From an uncultured Chloroflexia bacterium (GTDB lineage: Bacteria > Chloroflexota > Anaerolineae > CG2-30-64-16), in contig CAVZDU010000005.1 of assembly GCA_963774265.1 (NCBI GenBank), positions 256,001 to 320,000 of the forward strand: DNA of 64,000 nucleotides, read 5' to 3'. A program made the translations under genes and the position numbers. The first letter of the stretch is position 1. Every line of letters starts with the position of its first letter. Under the pieces are notes generated by a model. The model was not told the origin of the DNA and ran no database searches. It worked only from the letters and a program-made list of their open reading frames with translations. Below are positions 10,233 through 19,376 of the stretch, piece after piece.

Positions 10233-10873
10233 TGCGCGCCTCCCTTCTTCCCCTCAGCGCGTTCGGGTTGCGCCTCGCGCTCCTGGACTTCCTTTGCGCG
10301 GCGGAAAATGCCGGCCACTTCATCCATGGCCCTCACCCGTTGTGGCAGCGGCTTGATTTTCCCCTTGAACAGCATGGGCGCAGCCAGATCGAACCCGCTC
10401 AGCAGGTGGCCCGAGGTCATGTTGTAGCCGCCGATGAGGCCGATTTCATAAACCCGTCCGGTCAATTCGATCGACTTGATGAAGGCGCGCTGGAACGCGA
10501 CGACTTCGCGCTGCGCCGCCGCATAGTGGTGGACGACCGCCCAGGCGCGCAGTGCATCCATCACGCGCGGCAGGTCCACCTCACAGGGGCAGCGGGTGAC
10601 GCACGTCTGGCAGCTCACGCACAACCACAACGTGTCGCTCGAAAAGATGAGGTCCGTTTGGCCCAGTTGCAGTGCCCGGAGGATTTGTTGCGGCTGAAGG
10701 TCCATCGCGGCGGAGAGGGGGCACCCCGCCGCACACTTGCCGCATTGGTAGCAGTTCCTGATGTTTTCGCCCGTCGCTCGCTCGATGTACGTCAGCAGAT
10801 CGGGCTCGTGGGGGTGTGAAAGGTCCAGCGCAGCCACGGGTTGCGCTGCTCGTGCGAGCGCCCTCGCGCGCAT
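10229..10873 (-). CDS. hdrC: Heterodisulfide reductase subunit C (start uncertain)
   Basis: CYQCGKCAAGCP and WLCVSCQTCVTRCP. Confidence 0.9.
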   Translation of the reverse strand: MRARALARAAQPVAALDLSHPHEPDLLTYIERATGENIRNCYQCGKCAAGCPLSAAMDLQPQQILRALQLGQTDLIFSSDTLWLCVSCQTCVTRCPCEVDLPRVMDALRAWAVVHHYAAAQREVVAFQRAFIKSIELTGRVYEIGLIGGYNMTSGHLLSGFDLAAPMLFKGKIKPLPQRVRAMDEVAGIFRRAKEVQEREAQPERAEGKKGGAH

Positions 10874-11121
10874 GGTCCACGTCCTTTCTGGCGTTGAAAG
10901 GCCTCCGACGGCCTTCAATGCCGCGGTCTATCCCCGATTGTACCCCTTTGCCGCAAGACGGGTATGACGCAGCGCATATTTGGGCTGCCAATTGACACGT
11001 CTTGCACAATCAGGTCGTACAACTTCACAAACGCCGGACTCTGCGCGACAATGGGCCCGTCGCTCTACTCGCTGTGATCTGAGCAAACTTGTCAATCAAT
11101 CATTGCGCGGAGGCGAAGGGC

Positions 11122-11640
11122 ATGAACGAAGATCTGCCTGGGGCAGTGGCTGCGCCCGCGGTCCCGTACATCCTGCGGCCCCATCGAATCGGCGACATGG
11201 GCTGGGTGGTCCAGCGACATGGCTTGCTCTATGCCGAGGAATACGGCTGGAATGAGCAGTTCGAGGCCCTGGTCGCTGAGATCGTCGCCAAGTTCATCCA
11301 GAATTTCGATCCCCAGCGTGAGCGCTGCTGGATCGCGGAGAAGGATGGCGAGAACATCGGCTCGGTCTTTCTGGTGAGGAAGTCAGAGACGGTGGCGAAG
11401 TTGCGGCTGTTGATCGTCGAGCCAAAAGCGCGCGGGCTGGGTGTGGGCGGGCGGCTGGTCGATGAGTGCATTCGCTTCGCCCGGCAGGTCGGCTACACGG
11501 AGATTGTACTGTGGACGAACAGCGTTTTGCTGGCCGCGCGGCACATCTACGAGAAGGCCGGCTTTCAACTCATCGAAGCGGAGCCGCATCATAGTTTTGG
11601 CCACGACCTGGTCGGCGAGACCTGGGCGCTGAAGTTGTAA
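11122..11640 (+). CDS. GNAT acetyltransferase (resembles the GNAT half of MarR-GNAT proteins)
   Basis: [46 protein letters not shown]. Confidence 0.85.
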   Translation: MNEDLPGAVAAPAVPYILRPHRIGDMGWVVQRHGLLYAEEYGWNEQFEALVAEIVAKFIQNFDPQRERCWIAEKDGENIGSVFLVRKSETVAKLRLLIVEPKARGLGVGGRLVDECIRFARQVGYTEIVLWTNSVLLAARHIYEKAGFQLIEAEPHHSFGHDLVGETWALKL

Positions 11641-11646
11641 CGCCCT

Positions 11647-12540
11647 ATGAAGAAGTATCTCCCGCTGATCACGGCGAGCGTGAACGGCATCCTGGTCGGA
11701 TCCGCCATGGTCGCCACGCGCTTTGTCATCAGCCAGAGCAGTCCTGCCTCTTTGGCTTTGCTGCGATACTTTATTGGCTTCTGTTGCCTGTTCCCCATCG
11801 TGTTGCTTTCGACGCGCGTGCGGTTCGCGCGACGTGATGTGCTGCCGATCGCATTGCTCGGCATCACCCAATTCGGCATCCTGGTCACGCTCCTGAACTT
11901 CGCGCTGCAATACATCCCCTCATCCCGTTCGGCGCTGATCTTCGCGACGTTTCCTCTGCTCACGATGATCCTTGCGACGCTGCTAGGCTACGAGCGCCTG
12001 ACGTTGACCAAGGCCCTGGGTGTCCTATTGACCGTCGCGGGTGTAGGGATCGCGCTGGGAGAGAAGGCGTTCCAGACGGGCAGCGCAACCAACGAGTGGA
12101 TCGGCGAGCTGGCCGTATTCGTGAGCGCCTTCAGTGGCGCGCTGTGCAGCGTTCTGTACCGGCCCTATCTGAAGAAGTATCCGACACTGCAGGTCAGCGC
12201 CTTCGCGATGCTGGCCTCAGTCCTGTTTCTGGCCGTGTTTGCAGCCGGCGAAGGGTTCTTCAGCGCGCTCCCGCGCTTCACGGCGGGTGGTTGGTTGGCC
12301 GTCCTGTTCATCGGGGTTGCCAGCGGGGTGGGCTACTATCTCTGGTTATGGGCGCTGGGCCACACCTCTCCGACGAACGTGACCGTGTTCCTCGCGCTCA
12401 GCCCCATCACCGCGACCATTCTCGGTGCGGTGTTCCTCGCCGAAGAGATCTCGACGCCATTCCTGGTGGGACTGGTCTTCGTTGCCGCCGGCTTGTGGCT
12501 GGCCCTCTGGCGCGCGTATCACGGAATGACCCCTTACTAA
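11647..12540 (+). CDS. EamA/DMT family transporter
   Basis: About 10 hydrophobic segments in two EamA-like halves, 297 aa. Confidence 0.85.
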   Translation: MKKYLPLITASVNGILVGSAMVATRFVISQSSPASLALLRYFIGFCCLFPIVLLSTRVRFARRDVLPIALLGITQFGILVTLLNFALQYIPSSRSALIFATFPLLTMILATLLGYERLTLTKALGVLLTVAGVGIALGEKAFQTGSATNEWIGELAVFVSAFSGALCSVLYRPYLKKYPTLQVSAFAMLASVLFLAVFAAGEGFFSALPRFTAGGWLAVLFIGVASGVGYYLWLWALGHTSPTNVTVFLALSPITATILGAVFLAEEISTPFLVGLVFVAAGLWLALWRAYHGMTPY

Positions 12541-12792
12541 TACATTTGACGTAGAGAATCTCCTACTTTTTCCGGTTGCATCCAGTCAGTTCAAAAAGTA
12601 CACTACTTGTGCGATGGTTGTCAACGACTGATCCTCGCCACATCGTTGCATGGTGGGGCCACCAGGCTTTGCACCCTCACATCGCCAAGCCTCCACCCTC
12701 GTCCCTATGGCTCGCTGCCTTCGTCGACACCTGAGCAAGCAACAGTCCCGAGTTGCTGATGAGTGGTCGACCGCGGAAGGAGATGCCGAGCC

Positions 12793-15700
12793 ATGATTCG
12801 TTCGATCGTTGGTGCGAGCCTGAAATTCCGATTCCTCGCGATTGTTATCGCCGCGGCGCTGATATCCTTCGGCGTCGCGCAGCTCCGCAACATGCCGGTG
12901 GACGTCTTGCCGGAGTTCTCACCGCCGTATGTGGAGATCCAGACCGAGGCCCTGGGACTTTCTGCGGAAGAAGTGGAACAACTTATCACCGTCCCGCTCG
13001 AGCAGGATTTGCTCAATGGCGTGGCGTGGCTCGATTCCATCCGCTCCGAGTCGGTCCCTGGACTATCTTCCATCATCCTCTTCTTTGAGCCCGGCACCGA
13101 TCTCTATCGCGCGCGGCAGATGGTCGCTGAACGGCTGACGCAAGCCTTCGCGTTGCCGCACGTGTCAAAGGCGCCTGGTATGCTCCAGCCCCTGTCCTCG
13201 ACGAGCCGGTTTCTGATCGTCGGGCTCTCCTCAAAGGAGGTCTCGTTAATCGAGATGGGGGTTCTTGCCCGTTGGACGATTGGCCCGCGTTTGATGGGTG
13301 TACCCGGCGTTGCCAATGTAGCCATCTGGGGTCAGCGTGAGCGACAGCTCCAGGTTCAGGTTGATCCGGAACGGTTGCGCGCGCAGGGTGTGTCGCTCCA
13401 GCAGGTCCTCGAGACCACCGGGAACGCCCTGTGGGTGTCATCTCTGACCTTCCTGGAAGCATCGACGCCCGGCACCGGCGGGTTTGTCGACACCCCCCAA
13501 CAAAGGCTCGGAATCTGGCATGTCCTACCCATTTCATCGCCTCAGGAGCTGGCCCAGGTGCCCGTCGACGGCGCCCCGGGGTTGCGCCTGGGTGATGTGA
13601 CCGATGTGGTGGAAGATCATCAGCCTTTGATCGGCGACGCTATGATCAATGAAGACCAGGGTTATCTGCTCGTCATTGAGAAATCGCCGGGGGCCAACAC
13701 GCTTGAGGTGACTCGCGGGGTGGAAGCCGCGCTCGATGTGTTGCGACCGGGTCTGGCTGGCATCGAGATCGATACCACCTTCTTCCGGCCGGCGACGTTC
13801 ATCGAGATGGCGCTCGCCAATCTCACCAGGCTGCTGCTCATCGCGGCTGTTCTCGTGGTGCTGGTGCTCCTGGCTTTTCTGTGGAGCTGGCGTGTCGCCC
13901 TGACCAGCCTCGTCGCCATCGTGTTGTCGCTATTCGCTGCCGTGTTCGTGCTCTATCTGCTCGGCGCTACGCTAAACACGATGGTCTTGCTGGGCCTGAT
14001 GATCGCCCTCGGTGTCATCGTGGACGACGCGATCATCGATTCCGAAAACGTTATGCAGCGTTTCCGCCTGCCGCGGCAAGAGGACGCTGGGAAGTCGCGC
14101 CAGATCCTTGTTCTCGAAGCATTGGTCGAGATGCGCAGCGCCATGTTCTTCGCTACCCTGATCGTGCTGCTAACGATTTTGCCGATCTTCTTCCTGAGAG
14201 GTGTGTCAGGTTCCTTCTTCCGACCGCTGGCGCTCGCGACTGCGGCAGCGACGCTGACCTCGATGGCTGTCGCTTTGCTGATCACCCCGGCTATGAGCCT
14301 GATTCTCCTGTCGGGCGTGTCGCCTGCGACCCGCGAACCCCGCCAGCCGCTTCTCGCCCGGTGGTTGCAGGCCGGGTACGGAAGGGTGTTGGCGTCGGTG
14401 ATGCGCCGCCAGGTCCTGGTGTATGGCGTTCTGGGGATCATCCTGTTGGCCGGCCTCGCGGCCGCGCCGTTCCTCCGGCAAGAATCGTTGCTCCCTTCGT
14501 TCAAGGAAGTGGACCTCACGATCCAGTTGGAGGGCGCGCCCGGCACGTCGCGGCCAGAAATGGACCGGATCACGGCCCGGGCCAGCGGTGAGTTGCGCGC
14601 GATTCCAGGTGTGCGCAATGTCGGTGTCCACGTCGGACGCGCGGTGCTCGGGGATCAAGTCGTCGGCATCGATTCCGCCCAATTGTGGGTCAGCATCGAC
14701 CCGGCAGCCGACTATGATGCGACAGTGGCTGCCGTACAGGAGGTGATGGACGGTTACGTCGGATTAGGTCATGAGGTGAGCACGTATCTGCAACAGACCC
14801 TCAGACATGCGCTGACAGGTGCCTCCGAGGCCATTGTTGCACGCGTTTATGGCGAGGACTCTCAGGTTCTCCGCGACAAGGCCGAACAGATCAAGCAGGC
14901 CGCCGCTGGGATCCCCGGTGTCGTTGATTTGCGGGTGGAACTCCCCGTTCTTGAGCCGACCCTGGAACTCCAGGTTGACCTCGCCGCCGCCCAGCGCTAC
15001 GGCGTCAAACCCGGTGACGTTCGTCGCGCGGCCGCCACGCTGTTGTCAGGTCTGCAGGTCGGCAGCCTCTTCGAAGAGCAGAAGGTGTTCGATGTGGTCG
15101 TCTGGGGCAAGCCAGAAACGCGAGGCAGCCTGACCAGCATCCATGACCTGTTGATCGACACGCCCAGCGGCGGTCACGTGCGCTTGGATGAGGTGGCCGA
15201 TGTACGCATCGCGTCATCACCAAGTGCCATCCAGCGTGAGGGCGCCTCACATTACGTGGATGTGGCCTTCAATGTGCAGGGCCGTGATCTGGGTTCTGTG
15301 GTGAATGACGTGAAACTGGCCATCCGCAAGATCGAGTTCCCTCTGGAGTACCACGCCGAGGTGATCGGTGAGTATGCGGAGCGGCAGACGGCCCAGCAAC
15401 GCATCTTGCTAGCGGTTATTATCGCCACGATCGGGGTTTTCCTCCTTCTTCAGGCGGCCCTGGACAGCTGGCGCCTGGCGTCGGTTGCCTTACTCGCCTT
15501 GCCCGTGGCCCTCGCGGGTGGTGTGCTGGCGGCGTTTGCAGGTGGGCGCATCATTTCGCTCGGTTCGCTTGTTGGATTCCTGACGCTTTCGGCCATCGCT
15601 GTGCGCAACGGCATCATGCTGATGAACCACTATCGATATCTCGAACGCCAAGAAGGGATGGCTTTCGGTCCGGCGTTGATCCTGCGCGGGTCAAAGGAAC

Positions 15701-15933
15701 GCCTGGCGCCGATGTTGACAACAGCGTTGGCAACCGCCGTTGCCTTTGCGCCCTTCGCGTTGGCCGGCAATATTCCGGGCAATGAGCTGGTGCGGCCCAT
15801 GGCTGGCATCGTCCTGGGTGGCCTGGTCACTTCAACCCTGGTCAGCCTGTTTCTTGTTCCCGTTCTGTACCGCCGGTTTGGGACCAGCCCCCAAGCCGTC
15901 ACATCTCAGGCGACTGAATTCGCGACTACCTAA
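12793..15933 (+). CDS. RND permease, CusA/CzcA-like (copy 1)
   Basis: [39 protein letters not shown]; about 1046 aa. Confidence 0.92.
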   Translation: MIRSIVGASLKFRFLAIVIAAALISFGVAQLRNMPVDVLPEFSPPYVEIQTEALGLSAEEVEQLITVPLEQDLLNGVAWLDSIRSESVPGLSSIILFFEPGTDLYRARQMVAERLTQAFALPHVSKAPGMLQPLSSTSRFLIVGLSSKEVSLIEMGVLARWTIGPRLMGVPGVANVAIWGQRERQLQVQVDPERLRAQGVSLQQVLETTGNALWVSSLTFLEASTPGTGGFVDTPQQRLGIWHVLPISSPQELAQVPVDGAPGLRLGDVTDVVEDHQPLIGDAMINEDQGYLLVIEKSPGANTLEVTRGVEAALDVLRPGLAGIEIDTTFFRPATFIEMALANLTRLLLIAAVLVVLVLLAFLWSWRVALTSLVAIVLSLFAAVFVLYLLGATLNTMVLLGLMIALGVIVDDAIIDSENVMQRFRLPRQEDAGKSRQILVLEALVEMRSAMFFATLIVLLTILPIFFLRGVSGSFFRPLALATAAATLTSMAVALLITPAMSLILLSGVSPATREPRQPLLARWLQAGYGRVLASVMRRQVLVYGVLGIILLAGLAAAPFLRQESLLPSFKEVDLTIQLEGAPGTSRPEMDRITARASGELRAIPGVRNVGVHVGRAVLGDQVVGIDSAQLWVSIDPAADYDATVAAVQEVMDGYVGLGHEVSTYLQQTLRHALTGASEAIVARVYGEDSQVLRDKAEQIKQAAAGIPGVVDLRVELPVLEPTLELQVDLAAAQRYGVKPGDVRRAAATLLSGLQVGSLFEEQKVFDVVVWGKPETRGSLTSIHDLLIDTPSGGHVRLDEVADVRIASSPSAIQREGASHYVDVAFNVQGRDLGSVVNDVKLAIRKIEFPLEYHAEVIGEYAERQTAQQRILLAVIIATIGVFLLLQAALDSWRLASVALLALPVALAGGVLAAFAGGRIISLGSLVGFLTLSAIAVRNGIMLMNHYRYLERQEGMAFGPALILRGSKERLAPMLTTALATAVAFAPFALAGNIPGNELVRPMAGIVLGGLVTSTLVSLFLVPVLYRRFGTSPQAVTSQATEFATT

Positions 15934-15959
15934 ACGTTGGTCGATGGAGGGTTGGCCAC

Positions 15960-16994
15960 ATGCATAGTTCGAACAACGGATCGACGAACTCTATTGGAGC
16001 GGGCGTTCATACCGGGGCGCTGTTATTAGCCCAAGACCTGCGCAAGTCGTACGGTCCCAGGCAGGCGTTGCGCGGGCTGTCGTTTTCTTTGCAGGCAGGG
16101 CACATTCTGGGCTTCCTGGGTCCAAACGGAGCGGGGAAAACGACGGCGATCCGGATCCTGACCACCATGATGGAACCCGACTCGGGTCACTTCACCGTCG
16201 ATGGCATCGGCTCGGAGCATCCCGACCAGATCCGCTACAAAATCGGTGTTCTGCCCGAGAACCTGGGATTTCCCAAGCACATCACGGGAATTGAGTACCT
16301 GAGCTACTTCGGCCAGCTCTACGGGCGGACGGCCGCCGACGCCAGGGCCTACGGCTTCAAGTTGCTTGAAGAAGTGGGGTTGCAGAAGCGGGCCAAATCC
16401 CTGCTGGGCAGCTACAGTCACGGGATGCGGCAAAGAATCGGCATCGCGCGGGCGCTTGTCAACGATCCGTCCGTCATATTCCTGGACGAACCCACCCTGG
16501 GGCTGGACCCACGCGGACAGCAGGAGTTGTTGGCGTTGGTGAGGCGGACCGCGGAAGAGCGAAACGTCGGCGTGGTCTTGTGCAGTCATGCATTATGGGA
16601 GATTGAAGTCGTTTGCGACGACGTGGTCATTTTGAATGTGGGCCAGGTCGCGGCGGCCGGCACTGTCACCGAGGTAGTGGGCCGCGCCCAGGGCACTGCT
16701 ACTCAGCGCAACGCCCTGCGCATCCAGGTGCCGCCGCCATCGATTGCATCAGCCCAGGCGCTTCTGGCAGCGCTGGCGGATGTCAGGGAGGCGACAGCGA
16801 CTGGCGAGGCGGCGGGCTGGCTTCGAATTGAGCTCATGCCCGGCAAGAACGGCGGCGGAACGCAAGACCTGACAGTCAATAATCGCATCCTGGAGGTCCT
16901 GATCCGCGCTCAGATTCCCATCCTGAATTTTGAAGCCGCCGGCGGGCGGCTGAGCGAGGTGTTCATGTACCTGACTGAGGAGGTGGTGAGATGA
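15960..16994 (+). CDS. ABC exporter ATP-binding subunit
   Basis: Walker A GPNGAGKT, signature YSHGMRQR, Walker B IFLDEP. Confidence 0.92.
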   Translation: MHSSNNGSTNSIGAGVHTGALLLAQDLRKSYGPRQALRGLSFSLQAGHILGFLGPNGAGKTTAIRILTTMMEPDSGHFTVDGIGSEHPDQIRYKIGVLPENLGFPKHITGIEYLSYFGQLYGRTAADARAYGFKLLEEVGLQKRAKSLLGSYSHGMRQRIGIARALVNDPSVIFLDEPTLGLDPRGQQELLALVRRTAEERNVGVVLCSHALWEIEVVCDDVVILNVGQVAAAGTVTEVVGRAQGTATQRNALRIQVPPPSIASAQALLAALADVREATATGEAAGWLRIELMPGKNGGGTQDLTVNNRILEVLIRAQIPILNFEAAGGRLSEVFMYLTEEVVR

Positions 16995-18430
16995 GCGTTC
17001 AACAGATTGCGAGCGAACGTCTGATGGCGACGCCGCGCAAGGGGTTTCCGACCTGGTGGGTTGTTTTCAAGCGTGAGCTGGCCGATCTGTGGATCTCGGG
17101 CAAGGCGATGTACCTGACCCTGATTTACACGATCGTGTTGGGCGCAATGACCTATCTGCTGGCGACCAACAGTGAACTGAGCCTGATTCCACCGAAAGAA
17201 ATGGTGTACGAGACCATTAAGACCGCGATGGGTTTCGCGTTGTTCATCGGTCTGATCATCGGCGCCGATAGCCTCAGTGGTGAACGGGAACGCGCAACCC
17301 TCGAAGGGCTCCTCTTGACACCAACCAGCCGCCGTCAGATCGTGATCGGCAAATTCCTGGCAGCCGTTTCGGTGTGGCCCGCAGCGATGGCGATCGTCAT
17401 CCCCTACCTGAAGGTGCTCGCACAGGGCGACGAGATCTTCGGCCCCGCGGTTCTTTGGGGCATCATCACTGGCAGCATCCTGGCCCCGGCCTACACCGGC
17501 CTGGGCATGCTCGTGAGCTTCTGGTCCGGCTCAAACCGCACCAGTTATTTTGTAAGCCTGGCGCTCTACATCTTCTTTCTGGTCCCGGCCCAACTGCCCG
17601 GGCGTGCCCAGACCGGCGCCGCGGGGCAATTCGTCCAGTGGGTGAACCCATTGGCAGCCGTCAACCATTTCCTCTCCAAGCACCTGGTGAATTACCGGCC
17701 GCTGAGCGAGTTTTGGACCTGGCTGATATCCCCTGTGGTGTTTGCGGTCCTTGTTCTCGGAGTGCTCTTCCTGTACGCCGGCCCAGGGCTGCGGCTCGAG
17801 GCGGGCCGGGCCAGCGGGCTGCGCTCATGGTTGGGACGTGGAGTCCGCTTGTTGGCGATTGCGATCCTTGCGGCCGCCCTGACGGCGTCCCCGGCCATGG
17901 CCTTACGCGCCGCAGCCCAGGCAAGCCCACCCTCGGCCAGCGAATCCACCCTGCGGGTGATGATCGACACGGCAGTCGAGGTTGTGAAGACCGGTGACAA
18001 GGTCGAGTTCAGTACGACGGTGATTAACGACGGTTCCGAGGCGTCTGCGCCCTTAATCCTGGCCATGAACATCATCAACCTCGACGCAAAGGGAGATGTG
18101 GTGGATCCGGAGGATTGGTCGCCGCAGCGAACACAATACCTGGAGAATGTGCCGCCGGGCGATTCCGCCAGGCTTGACTGGACTATCAACACCATCCTGG
18201 ATGGCGATTACATGGTGTACATGGTCGTCATCCCTGAGCCCGATGGCCAGGAGGCGACCAGCTTGCCCGTCGCGAGCTCGGGCATTCACCTGACGGTGAC
18301 GCCGTTCACCAGGCTTAACCCTCTTGGCATAGTGCCTTATGCCGTCGGCGGGCCCCTGGTGTTGGGAGTGGCGATATTCGCGGTAGTTCGGCTTCGACGC
18401 CGTCAGATCGATGTAGGCGCGCCTGGGTAG
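16991..18430 (+). CDS. ABC-2 type permease with an extra C-terminal beta-rich domain and terminal TM anchor
   Basis: GERERATLEGLLLTP..RRQIVIGKFLA and about 6 TMs, followed by a soluble domain and a final TM ending RLRRR. Confidence 0.8.
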   Translation: MSVQQIASERLMATPRKGFPTWWVVFKRELADLWISGKAMYLTLIYTIVLGAMTYLLATNSELSLIPPKEMVYETIKTAMGFALFIGLIIGADSLSGERERATLEGLLLTPTSRRQIVIGKFLAAVSVWPAAMAIVIPYLKVLAQGDEIFGPAVLWGIITGSILAPAYTGLGMLVSFWSGSNRTSYFVSLALYIFFLVPAQLPGRAQTGAAGQFVQWVNPLAAVNHFLSKHLVNYRPLSEFWTWLISPVVFAVLVLGVLFLYAGPGLRLEAGRASGLRSWLGRGVRLLAIAILAAALTASPAMALRAAAQASPPSASESTLRVMIDTAVEVVKTGDKVEFSTTVINDGSEASAPLILAMNIINLDAKGDVVDPEDWSPQRTQYLENVPPGDSARLDWTINTILDGDYMVYMVVIPEPDGQEATSLPVASSGIHLTVTPFTRLNPLGIVPYAVGGPLVLGVAIFAVVRLRRRQIDVGAPG

Positions 18431-18529
18431 ACCTGCCGCGCCAATCGCTGCGCCAGGGTACAGGGAACGGTTTTGCGCCCTGGCGAGGGCACAGGCACTG
18501 GCTTGAAGACCAGGGTATGGGAGGATGCG

Positions 18530-19357
18530 ATGCGAGTCGGATATCGTTGGCTGACGTTGATTGTTGCCGTGTTGGCATTTTCGGGCTGCACTCAGGCGGT
18601 CGCCACGGAGAAGACCGCAGCCGCCCACGTGGAGCCGATTGAGGGGACGGACCTCAAGCGCGTGGTGTTGACCGAGAAGGCGGCCGAACGGCTCGGCATC
18701 GAGACCGCTCCCGTTCGCTCCCAGCAGATCGCGCGGAAGCGCTGGGTGGGTGGCCAGGTCGAGGCCCTGCCGGCCGGCCGGACCGTGGCCGGGTCAGCGT
18801 CGGCTTCGGCCGCCGGCTCGGCCTCCGCTACAGGAACACTCGATTCGGCTGCAGTCTGGGTGCGCGTGAACCTGAGCGAGGGTGACCTGAACCGGCTGGA
18901 CAGGGGCCAATCCGTCGCCTTGCATCGCCTGGTTCGCGCTGGCGAGGAGAATGGTGACAGCGAAGACGAGGACTTGACCGCCGAACCGGATGATGACGCG
19001 GACGACCCTGAGGATGCTGACTCCAATGACGGGACCAGGGTAGTGCGTTACGTGGTGAACGGCTCGAACCACGGCCTGGTCCCTGGGCAACCTGTGTTCG
19101 TTGAGATGACGCTGTCGGGTGACGGAGGGGAACGAATGATCGTCCCGTTCGCGGCGCTGATCTACGGCCTGGAGGGCGAGACCTGGGTGTACACCCAGCC
19201 CGAGCCCCTGGCTTTTGTTCGGCAATCCGTCGCCGTCGACTACATCGAAGGTGAACAGGCGGTTCTGTTGGAGGGTCCATCCATCGGCACCGAAGTTGTG
19301 ACGGTTGGAGGGGCCGAGCTGTTTGGCGTCGAGTCAGGGATCGGCGGCGGGCACTAA
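18530..19357 (+). CDS. RND periplasmic adaptor (MFP)-like lipoprotein
   Basis: Lipobox LAFSGC, LTEKAAERLGIETAPV, VPFAALIY..GETWVY and GTEVVTVG. Confidence 0.75.
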   Translation: MRVGYRWLTLIVAVLAFSGCTQAVATEKTAAAHVEPIEGTDLKRVVLTEKAAERLGIETAPVRSQQIARKRWVGGQVEALPAGRTVAGSASASAAGSASATGTLDSAAVWVRVNLSEGDLNRLDRGQSVALHRLVRAGEENGDSEDEDLTAEPDDDADDPEDADSNDGTRVVRYVVNGSNHGLVPGQPVFVEMTLSGDGGERMIVPFAALIYGLEGETWVYTQPEPLAFVRQSVAVDYIEGEQAVLLEGPSIGTEVVTVGGAELFGVESGIGGGH

Positions 19358-19376
19358 CGGTGCCGGGAGGCCAGTG

